24,000 nucleotides of DNA, taken from contig JBLXHJ010000005.1 in the NCBI GenBank assembly GCA_048259785.1, forward strand, positions 1 through 24,000. Reading direction: 5' to 3'. Below the pieces are notes generated by a model. It was not told the origin of the DNA. It saw only the letters and a list, made by a program, of their open reading frames with translations, and searched no databases. Origin of the DNA: Methylophaga sp. Its GTDB lineage: Bacteria; Pseudomonadota; Gammaproteobacteria; Nitrosococcales; Methylophagaceae. The translations under genes were made by a program, and so were the position numbers. This document shows, piece after piece, positions 1 to 6,628 of the stretch (the first letter of the stretch is position 1; the number at the start of each line of letters is the position of its first letter).

Positions 1-290
1 GAAGGAAACATGCACCAGCAGTAGGTGAAGCATCAACCAGATAATCCGATGAGATGCCGGTCTGTCTCACTCTCATGCAAAGGTAAGATCAACCATTTAA
101 TCCGCTTACCCTAAATTTAATGCTGAGTAAGACACTTAAATTATTTCGATGTGGGGTATTTTGTTTCAGAGCTTATCTATTTGGTGAAAGTTAAAATTCA
201 TTTAGATAATGCCTTGCCTCAGGGTGAATACACTGTTTCGGCAGTCTGATGGAGGCCAGTTTTTTTGCCGTAGCAAATTACACCGCCTAG

Positions 291-695
291 TTATACATTT
301 TCGATACTGCAATTTTTAAGTTGAATTAAACCGAACATTCCGTAACTGTTAAATAAGCCTTTTACAGTAATTTTTTGTCCTTTATTAAGATCAAAAACTT
401 TACTTGCTGATGTCGACCCCTCTGGCACCAGGCAGATAACGTCACTATTTAGTGCTCTTTTATTTGGTTCTGCGGTAGTAGCAAGTATATGAATTCTATA
501 ATTCTCTTTACGAATATCATTAATACTTGATATTTCTCCATACACTTCAATTTCTTGATTTTTATAAAGGTGCTCAAACTTCATTTTGTTGTTTTTCAAC
601 GAATCAAGTAAGTCAACTGCCGAAATAGGCTTAACCGTATCAGCGAAAATTGAAACAGAAAATAATAGGCTTGTAAAAATAAAAAAATATTTCAT
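291..695 (-). CDS. Small exported protein, possible OB-fold/beta-barrel
   Basis: 134-aa ORF with signal peptide MKYFFIFTSLLFSVSIFA/DT. An AAGG Shine-Dalgarno lies 7 nt before the ATG. The pattern EIEVYGEI...VICLV...KGQKITVKGLF...IQLKNCSI resembles small exported OB-fold (tRNA_anti-like) proteins, from memory only. Confidence 0.55.
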   Translation of the reverse strand: MKYFFIFTSLLFSVSIFADTVKPISAVDLLDSLKNNKMKFEHLYKNQEIEVYGEISSINDIRKENYRIHILATTAEPNKRALNSDVICLVPEGSTSASKVFDLNKGQKITVKGLFNSYGMFGLIQLKNCSIENV

Positions 696-793
696 TAAAT
701 TACCTTATTCATTAAGTCATGCATAACGCCGCGCTCAAGGGCATTTTTTAATTTCACGTTTTGTGTGTTACCTTTATACAACAAAGCAACGAA

Positions 794-985
794 TTACAAG
801 GGGTGTAGCATTTTGTTATCAATGGCCGCCAAGCCCAAGTTCCCCCCCAAAAAAATTAGTGCTACAACCACACCGACAAGAATTTTACCAATATGATCGA
901 AACCCCATTGTTTGACTGGGTCATCTATGGGTTTTGATGGCGACGTTGTAGTTGAATTTGCTTGATTATTCTGACCGGTTTGCAA
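794..985 (-). CDS. Doubtful small single-TM protein (TTG start)
   Basis: 63-aa ORF with one hydrophobic helix (ILVGVVVALIFLGGNLGLAAI). The start codon is TTG and no Shine-Dalgarno is recognisable. It may not be expressed. Confidence 0.25.
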   Translation of the reverse strand: MQTGQNNQANSTTTSPSKPIDDPVKQWGFDHIGKILVGVVVALIFLGGNLGLAAIDNKMLHPL

Positions 986-1043
986 TCTAGAGTCATTTTT
1001 TTAGTCTTTAGTAGCTTTTCATCGTCCAAAAATGATTTAGTTA

Positions 1044-1361
1044 TTATGCAACCTCGACTAATCGTGCAGCATGATCAAGTTTTTCTGTGAATGATTCATT
1101 ATGTTGAGCCTGCCACATGTCATTCATGATCTGTAAGTTAAGCCAGAAGCCAGATGTCGTACCAAGTACTTTTGATAACAACAAGGCCGTTTCTACGGTT
1201 ACGCTTCGACGACCAACGCAAAGTTCGTTTACAGTCTTACGACTAACCCCCATGGCTCTTGCTAATTGTCCTTGGCTGACTTCTAAAGGAATTAAGAATT
1301 CTTCAGTTAGCATTTCGCCTACAGGAGTTGGGTGAGCAGGTATTTTCAATTCTTTCATCAT
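1044..1361 (-). CDS. higA: HigA-family antitoxin (XRE-type HTH)
   Basis: HPTPVGEMLTEEFLIPLEVSQGQLARAMGVSRKTVNELCVGRRSVTVETALLLSKVLGTTSGFWLNLQ is the classic HigA/VapI HTH pattern. I prefer the ATG at 1361 (GAGG 8 nt upstream, 13 nt after the higB stop) over the track start at 1388. Confidence 0.85.
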   Translation of the reverse strand: MMKELKIPAHPTPVGEMLTEEFLIPLEVSQGQLARAMGVSRKTVNELCVGRRSVTVETALLLSKVLGTTSGFWLNLQIMNDMWQAQHNESFTEKLDHAARLVEVA

Positions 1362-1374
1362 AATAATTACCTCA

Positions 1375-1665
1375 TCATTTATATTCATGTGGATCTAGGT
1401 AAAGGTCAACAGCATCACCATCATCCCATTTGAATATCAACCGGTATTTCCTGTTCACACGAATTGAACACCGGTCATTCAGTTTTCCAGATAAGTGCTC
1501 AAAGCGATTGCCGGGCGGGACTTTTAAATCATTCTCTGCTTCGGCGGCATGGACTATATCTAGTTTACGCCTTAAAGCACCTTCGATAGCTTTAGGTATT
1601 CCACGGGCTGTTGTACCGTGAAAATAGAAGTCTTCAAGCCCCTGGTCTTTAAAAGATTTAATCAT
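1375..1665 (-). CDS. higB: HigB-family toxin (RelE/ParE superfamily, 'plasmid maintenance system killer')
   Basis: 96 aa. The motifs PPGNRFEHLSGKLNDRCSIRVNRKYRLIFKW...DLYLDPHEY match the HigB pattern (gnr.e.L.G....ySiRin.qyRl.F.w). The toxin sits upstream of the antitoxin, as in higBA loci. Confidence 0.85.
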   Translation of the reverse strand: MIKSFKDQGLEDFYFHGTTARGIPKAIEGALRRKLDIVHAAEAENDLKVPPGNRFEHLSGKLNDRCSIRVNRKYRLIFKWDDGDAVDLYLDPHEYK

Positions 1666-1678
1666 GATTTATAGTAAC

Positions 1679-1697
1679 ATGTAACGTTATACGTTAC
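1679..1697. promoter_or_regulatory. Palindrome TGTAACGT-TAT-ACGTTACA upstream of higB, candidate HigA operator
   Basis: Perfect 8-bp inverted arms with a 3-nt spacer lie 14-32 nt upstream of the higB ATG. They overlap weak -35/-10-like hexamers (TTGTAA / TACTAT on the minus strand). Confidence 0.35.
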
Positions 1698-1733
1698 AAG
1701 TATATTGTAATCGCCAAGTATTACTTGTATAGC

Positions 1734-2042
1734 TTAACCCGACCAGCTTGTAAGCCACTCTTCAAAGCTCTGGTGAGTGATGTGGTCCGATCCCAACTCA
1801 GGTATTAACTCTAGCTTATTGCAATGTTGTATACCGAGAATGGTATAGCTGACTAGTTTTAATGCTTCTTTTACACTTGGTAATGTTGCCAAGTGAACTG
1901 AACCAGAAATGATTACAACAGCACCCTGGTAGGTCTTTTCAAAATAGGCAGTAATTCTTTCATCACCATGATCCTCATCATGCAGTTTTAAAGGTCTTGG
2001 TGGTATGAATGCTGTTTGCAGTTCTTTTTTGACTCTAATCAC
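1734..2042 (-). CDS. Hypothetical protein (102 aa), third gene of the recombinase operon
   Basis: The GTG start overlaps the upstream stop (GTGA). An AAGGA Shine-Dalgarno lies 7 nt upstream. No recognisable motif. Confidence 0.55.
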   Translation of the reverse strand: MIRVKKELQTAFIPPRPLKLHDEDHGDERITAYFEKTYQGAVVIISGSVHLATLPSVKEALKLVSYTILGIQHCNKLELIPELGSDHITHQSFEEWLTSWSG

Positions 2043-2410
2043 GACACCATCCTTGTTAATGTATGAATTAAACGTGGATGAAGCATGTAAACTGAAGCAT
2101 CAATGTCATAGCGATGAATGATAATTTCTGCTTGAACTAACTCTGAAATAGCTCTAAAAACACTCGAGTATTTTTTGCCCGTTTTCTGTTTTAACTCGTG
2201 CAACTGTACAAGTGATACATATGTGGTTGGGTCCCCGTTATCACTAATTCTATTTAGGACATCAAGAGCTGTGGTGCTCAGGTCATCTACTTGGCCAGTT
2301 GAAATAACAATATCTAATAACCGATCCCAATGGTTATCACTGAAATAGTCATTCTTGGACATTAGAGAATAGGTACATGTTGATGACATTGTTGAATGGG
2401 AATAGCACAT
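2039..2410 (-). CDS. Winged-helix DNA-binding protein, RepL-like/MarR-like
   Basis: 123 aa. The ATG overlaps the recombinase stop (TAATG) and GGGAG lies 9 nt upstream. The C-terminal part SVFRAISELVQAEIIIHRYDIDASVYMLHPRLI resembles the wHTH recognition helix plus wing and the vYm.NP motif of RepL-type proteins, from memory. Confidence 0.5.
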   Translation of the reverse strand: MCYSHSTMSSTCTYSLMSKNDYFSDNHWDRLLDIVISTGQVDDLSTTALDVLNRISDNGDPTTYVSLVQLHELKQKTGKKYSSVFRAISELVQAEIIIHRYDIDASVYMLHPRLIHTLTRMVS

Positions 2411-3477
2411 TAATCATTACTCCCTATGTAAGCGCTCGTGATTGACTCCCTACTATGGCCAAGGTTTTCTGAAACCATAAGCCTGGCTATCCTTTCCTCG
2501 ATCATGTCTATATCTCGTGCAATTTTAGGTACATCTTTTACTGCTGCAGGATGCCCTGTGGTGCGTGTATACAGTCTTTGTGCGTAACCATGTCTCAGGC
2601 CGTGTGGTGTTATGCCTGTTTTCCGTGAGATTCCATTTCTATTTGTTATCCGGTAATAACGTTTAATCCAGCTGCTAGGAGTATATCGACGTGGAATCAT
2701 GGACTCATTGATGTCATAGCTATACGTCAAGAGCTCTTCTAGGTACTGGCGTTGCTCAACAGATTCAATAGGCACTGTTCTGGGGCGGCCACCTTTAGTG
2801 CCACGACGAACATGAATGAATTGCCCTTCTCTGTCGTAATCTAGGTTGGGCCTAAATAACATTGATTCTTTAGCTCTCAGGCCAAATAGGTGTGAGAGCT
2901 TCAATTGACGACCACAGTACTTACAGTCATCACTTACTTTTTGAATAAGATCGTCTATGTCGAACTTGTCATCCCAGCTTTTATCTTCTTTCGCTACATA
3001 TTCTCTCTTCATTAATTCTGGTTTGGAAAATAGCTCTTTATCACTAAGTCCAGTAATGACACCCTCTTTACCCATCCACCGCAAAAAGGTTCTTAGAATT
3101 GATACTTTTTGCACTACAGAGGCAGTCTGGAGGTCTTCTCTAGCTTCCCAGAAATGTGTCAAAGCTTTAACGTGCTTTTGACGAATATGGGTAGGCAACG
3201 TAATCCGGTACCCCAGGTCATGGAGTGTATGTGCCATAGAGCGTATTTCATTAAATCTATTTGCTTTTGTTTTTTCAGAAACAGGTTTCTGACGTTTTGC
3301 ATGTTTAGAATTATTCCGATAGAGCACTTGCTGAACGTTATAAACAAATATGGTTCTGACCGTCCAAGGTTTACCATTTCTATTTAGTCGCCCACGCATT
3401 TCTGGTGCAGCAAATACATACCCACCATCAGTAATTGTCAGCTGAGGTTTGTATGGTTCGTGTAATGAGTTATTCAT
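2410..3477 (-). CDS. Tyrosine recombinase/integrase
   Basis: 355 aa. The catalytic signature is present: GLRAKE (Arg I), GTKGGRPR (Lys), HGLRHGYA (His-x-x-Arg), LGHSRESITSAYIG (His...Tyr). The N-terminal region (HVKALTHFWEAR...ILRTFLRWMGKEGVI) looks like the SAM-like N-domain of the short plasmid/prophage 'Integrase_1' type. It is not the ~650-aa P4-type integrase of ICEclc. GGAG lies 7 nt before the ATG. Confidence 0.85.
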   Translation of the reverse strand: MNNSLHEPYKPQLTITDGGYVFAAPEMRGRLNRNGKPWTVRTIFVYNVQQVLYRNNSKHAKRQKPVSEKTKANRFNEIRSMAHTLHDLGYRITLPTHIRQKHVKALTHFWEAREDLQTASVVQKVSILRTFLRWMGKEGVITGLSDKELFSKPELMKREYVAKEDKSWDDKFDIDDLIQKVSDDCKYCGRQLKLSHLFGLRAKESMLFRPNLDYDREGQFIHVRRGTKGGRPRTVPIESVEQRQYLEELLTYSYDINESMIPRRYTPSSWIKRYYRITNRNGISRKTGITPHGLRHGYAQRLYTRTTGHPAAVKDVPKIARDIDMIEERIARLMVSENLGHSRESITSAYIGSND

Positions 3478-4440
3478 TTTTTATCTCCAGTTTTTATCTA
3501 TTTACATAAGCAGCTTTTCCTCTCTATTCACTCGTTAATTTTCATCAGTAGTTATCAATCAATCACCATACGATAGGGAACTCTCATCAGGTGCAGCTCT
3601 TAACTGCGGCATCATCTTAAACGTGAGTTATATCTTTCATGGAAGGCTTGGTTCAGACCCGACATGATGCTTCTATCACTGCAAAGCTTTGGTAGATGTT
3701 CGACCTACCCCTTCACAGACATTTTTACGATAGTCAGCCACTTTGTTTCTCCCTGTCACAGATAGACAAAGTGTTCGGTTAGTTTTGATACACACAAAAA
3801 TACGATCGTGATTGAATTTGTTCCCAATAATCCCCGCCATCAGGATGCTCGATCACGTTATGTCCGCCCTAGTAAAACGCTACTCCGATCGCAGACTTTG
3901 TTTACATCAGGTTTTTGGCCATTCTTTTTGTGGTTTCGTATGGATTACAGGCAAGCCGTAGCTCGCTGTACTTAGATTGATGCGTGTCTCCATAGAGACA
4001 GCCTACTTGTTGGACTTTGATCGCCATAGCAATCCGATTGTTACCGTGTCCATGATGAATTTCAGACATAGATATCTGACAACATGCATTTTTCAGCATA
4101 TTCCAGTTCTTTTGTCTTTGTTTTGAGTGGGCATCGTTTGATAAACAACGCCTAGAGAGAGCCATTTAATGTGCAGTTGGCTTGCTGCTCTCTTCAGACC
4201 CAGCGGGCCCTATTGAAGATTGGGTACATTTTCAGATCATACCCCCCTAGTCTGTCAAGTATTTTGACGGAGTGATTTTTTCTCTAAGTCCGGAATAAAG
4301 GTCTCATTTATCCCACATCGTCTTGTTTTTACTGTGGTTTCTATTCTGGTTCGTCCCCTCAGTCTCCAGCATGTTTTTTTTCAATGCAATTTAAGTGCTT
4401 TTTTGAGAAAACTGAGAAATATATGAGTTTTTTGTACTTA

Positions 4441-4585
4441 GGGTGTCCTGCTGATGTCCTGCAGGACTTGTGGTGGATTGTTTATTCAAATTTTAGAGGG
4501 GATTGTTGATGAGAATATCTTGGACGTGTTCTACAGGAGTCCTGTGGGACTCTTAGGGGCTTGATTTTATAGAGGGGCTCGATGT
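4441..4585. repeat. Iteron cluster, candidate parC centromere (alternative: oriV iterons)
   Basis: GTCCTG occurs 3 times (4445, 4456, 4539). The second copy lies inside the palindrome GTCCTGCAGGAC (4456-4467). The third lies inside GAGTCC-tgtg-GGACTC (4537-4552). AGGGG(A/C)T(T/C)G occurs 3 times (4497, 4555, 4573). TTTTAGAGGGG and TTTTATAGAGGGG occur at 4491 and 4565. The cluster lies 170-310 bp upstream of the parM-like gene. Confidence 0.4.
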
Positions 4586-4750
4586 AACCTACTCAACAAC
4601 GTCATTACTGACGCTCCTGCGCATAACTTCCACGGAAGTGTGCATCAAAACGGCCATCTCTAGGCCACATTTCATATTTAATTCTGCGCACTTATTCTAG
4701 CTATCTACGCCTTCTCTGTGCGCGTTTCTAATTTCCGTGGAGGAACGTTC

Positions 4751-5749
4751 GTGAATAAAACACCTGTTATCCGTGCTGTAGACGTAGGCTATGGCAATAC
4801 TAAATACATACGAAATGTTATTGATGGTATAGCTGTGGCTGATCATTTCCCTTCTATTGTGAACCGGCCAAGCGTTAATAAAAACAGCTTTCAAGAGAGT
4901 GAAGATATTTACCAGGTTGTTGTTAATGGCAATAACTATGAAGTAGGTCCTGGCGTTGATGCTGCTCTAGAGGGTGGGGTTCGCATAATGCACGATAATT
5001 ATATCGAGACTGAGGACTATATGGCTCTATTATACGGTGCCATCTCACAAATGAATGTTGATGTAATAGACCTTCTCGTTGTGGGATTACCAGTCGATTT
5101 GATGGGTAGCAAGCGGGCTATTTTGGAGAAGATCCTTACAGGTACACATCGCGTTGGTAATCGAGATGTTCAAGTTCGCAAAGTCAACGCAATTTCTCAA
5201 CCCTTGGGAGGTTTCCTTCACTACGCATCACAAGCTAAATTGCTAGAAGAATTGAGCAGCACTCGTAACCTACTTATTGATCCTGGCTTTTTCACGGTGG
5301 ACTTTCTTGTCTCAACGGGATTGAGAGAGATTAGTGGTAAAAGTGGTAGTCATCCAACAGGTATGAGTGCTTACCTTAAAGCTGTAGCAAAGGGAATAAG
5401 TGAGGATTTAAAGATTAATTACGACAATATCTCTCATATTGATGAAGGTATCAGAAAAGGTCGGTTTAGATTGTATGGCCAGAATGTAGATTTAACAAAA
5501 TACCACCAAGCCGCAGTCAGTGAAATTATGCCGGCAGTCGATGCTATATCCAATAAAGTGGGTGATGGCAGAAGCATAGACCAGATCATCCTTGTGGGTG
5601 GTGGAGCAAATATCTTTCTGGACCCAATCAAGAAACTACTTCCAAAACATAACATTCACTGTGATGAGAATTCTGTCGTGGCAAATGTACTTGGTTTCCA
5701 AAAGATTGGTGAAGCCTGGTTTGCAAAGCTAAATCGTGAGGTAGCCTGA
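4751..5749 (+). CDS. parM: ParM/StbA-family actin-like segregation ATPase
   Basis: Actin-fold motifs are present: AVDVGYGNTKY (phosphate 1), LIDPGFFTVD (phosphate 2), LVGGGA (adenosine). I prefer the GTG at 4751 (GGAGGA 6 nt upstream) over the track start at 4718. Confidence 0.8.
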   Translation: MNKTPVIRAVDVGYGNTKYIRNVIDGIAVADHFPSIVNRPSVNKNSFQESEDIYQVVVNGNNYEVGPGVDAALEGGVRIMHDNYIETEDYMALLYGAISQMNVDVIDLLVVGLPVDLMGSKRAILEKILTGTHRVGNRDVQVRKVNAISQPLGGFLHYASQAKLLEELSSTRNLLIDPGFFTVDFLVSTGLREISGKSGSHPTGMSAYLKAVAKGISEDLKINYDNISHIDEGIRKGRFRLYGQNVDLTKYHQAAVSEIMPAVDAISNKVGDGRSIDQIILVGGGANIFLDPIKKLLPKHNIHCDENSVVANVLGFQKIGEAWFAKLNREVA

Positions 5750-6012
5750 TGGTTGAACAGATTAGAATGAACCAAAAAATACCTCGTAAAGAAGATCCTG
5801 AGCTATACGAATATCTATCTATGTTTAGTGATCGTGGTCGCGCTTATCAGGCAAGAAAGTTGATGCTTTTAGGTCTTGTACAGCTAGGTAAATTAAATGG
5901 CCAGGCCCTGACTGGAAACACTAAACAAAACGAAATTTATCAGCCACGACAAACTGACGTTGATAATGAATTCGAATTAATATCACAAGCTGGAGTCGAT
6001 GCTTTGTTTTAA
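5749..6012 (+). CDS. ParR-like partition adaptor (putative DNA-binding protein)
   Basis: 87 aa. The ATG overlaps the parM stop (TGATG) and GAGG lies 7 nt upstream. Position and size fit the adaptor of type II parMRC loci. Sequence similarity was not verifiable. Confidence 0.5.
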   Translation: MVEQIRMNQKIPRKEDPELYEYLSMFSDRGRAYQARKLMLLGLVQLGKLNGQALTGNTKQNEIYQPRQTDVDNEFELISQAGVDALF

Positions 6013-6043
6013 TGCTGGCTAGCTTTCTGATCTTTTATTTCAT

Positions 6044-6081
6044 AAAAAAAGCCCCTGACATGTTGAATGACAGGGGCTTTT
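6044..6081. terminator. Bidirectional intrinsic terminator between convergent operons
   Basis: AAAAAAA-GCCCCTGaCA-tgttgaa-TGaCAGGGGC-TTTT. The GC-rich stem is flanked by an A7 run (U7 on the minus strand) and a T4 run. Confidence 0.7.
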
Positions 6082-6110
6082 GATTATTTCCGTGGAAGTA
6101 ATCTCTTGTG

Positions 6111-6218
6111 TTAGTTCTTTTTGTGTTTTTTATGTTTTTTGGAATAATGATGTTCTTGGTAGCTTGCTACCGCATAAACACCCAGTACTAATACACCTAT
6201 TAATGCTGCAATTTCCAT
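6111..6218 (-). CDS. Unannotated 35-aa small membrane peptide with a basic tail
   Basis: Not in the ORF track. The ATG overlaps the stop of the 61-aa gene (TGATG) and GGAGGA lies 7 nt upstream. Translation: MEIAALIGVLVLGVYAVASYQEHHYSKKHKKHKKN, one TM helix plus a His/Lys-rich tail. The bidirectional terminator follows it. Confidence 0.4.
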   Translation of the reverse strand: MEIAALIGVLVLGVYAVASYQEHHYSKKHKKHKKN

Positions 6219-6403
6219 CACTCTTCCTCCATAGCATCACGTTCAACTAACCCAAAGATCCAAAGGGTTAGTCCAATACCTACTATTATAGACGTATTAA
6301 TTAGACCAACACTTTCAAGGATATATCCTGCAAGTCCAGCAATCATGAGAGCGATTGCCATTTTCCTTACATCTTCCTTCATATCTTTGTAGTTTAGCCT
6401 CAT
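6218..6403 (-). CDS. Small two-TM membrane protein (61 aa)
   Basis: GGAG lies 7 nt before the ATG. Two hydrophobic helices are present (MAIALMIAGLAGYIL and IIVGIGLTLWIFGLV), followed by an acidic C-terminus. Confidence 0.5.
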   Translation of the reverse strand: MRLNYKDMKEDVRKMAIALMIAGLAGYILESVGLINTSIIVGIGLTLWIFGLVERDAMEEE

Positions 6404-6417
6404 ATATATTCTCCATT

Positions 6418-6463
6418 AAAAAAGGGAGAACACCCCCTGAAGGGAGATATTCTCCCTTCAGGG
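6418..6463 (-). promoter_or_regulatory. Structured leader E1: two mutually exclusive hairpins, the second a canonical intrinsic terminator
   Basis: Minus-strand RNA: CCCUGAAGGGAGA-AUA-UCUCCCUUCAGGG (13 bp, plus coordinates 6435-6463). The alternative is GGGAGAAUAUCUCC-CUUCA-GGGGGUGUUCUCCC + UUUUUU (14 bp including 3 G.U, 6424-6456, U-tract 6418-6423). The U-tract ends 4 nt before the GGAG of the 61-aa gene. Confidence 0.45.
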
Positions 6464-6560
6464 TTGAGGTTTACTGCTTCATCAGAGGCAGCGACATATT
6501 CTAAATACTAACCTTAGTCAGTATTTTATAGCACAGCATAAAGTAGCTGTGAGACTTCAG

Positions 6561-6580
6561 GTACTTGAAAAATCAAGTAC
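6561..6580. repeat. Perfect inverted repeat GTACTTGA-AAAA-TCAAGTAC
   Basis: 8-bp arms. It lies between the MobH-like stop (6629) and leader E1, about 30 nt upstream (minus sense) of an extended -10-like TGCTATAAA (plus 6525-6533). Possible operator. Confidence 0.3.
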
Positions 6581-6628
6581 GCAGAACTCATAAAAATAAT
6601 CTTACCTTTGTTTATTTATCCTGGCAAT

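Noticed and set aside
32-104. Direct repeat ATCAACCAGATAATCCG (32-48) / ATCAACCATTTAATCCG (88-104), 15/17 identical and 56 bp apart, at the window edge
   Set aside because: It is short, imperfect and has only two copies. The context is cut by the window boundary, and no adjacent gene gives it a function. It could be iterons or an att-related repeat, but this cannot be supported from here.
3902-4165. 87-aa ORF on the minus strand inside the long ORF-free region
   Set aside because: There is no Shine-Dalgarno before the ATG. The composition is unusual and Cys/His/Asn-rich, with no recognisable motif. It is isolated, with no coupled neighbours. I treat it as probably non-coding. It could still be a remnant or lie within an ncRNA.
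4308-4317. DnaA-box-like TTATCCCACA near the AT-rich tract
   Set aside because: It differs from the TTATCCACA consensus by an inserted C. It is a single copy, and no other DnaA-box-like sites were seen. That is insufficient to call an origin.
4628-4639. Palindrome CTTCCACGGAAG upstream of parM, with an 11/12 inverted copy TTCCGTGGAAG at 6089-6099 just after the par terminator, and a 10/12 copy at 4731-4742
   Set aside because: The idea of inverted boundaries of a par cassette is tempting. However, exact 11-mer pairs are expected many times by chance in 24 kb (on the order of 100 pairs counting both orientations). The flanks share little beyond the core. It is only worth checking if the cassette proves mobile in comparisons.
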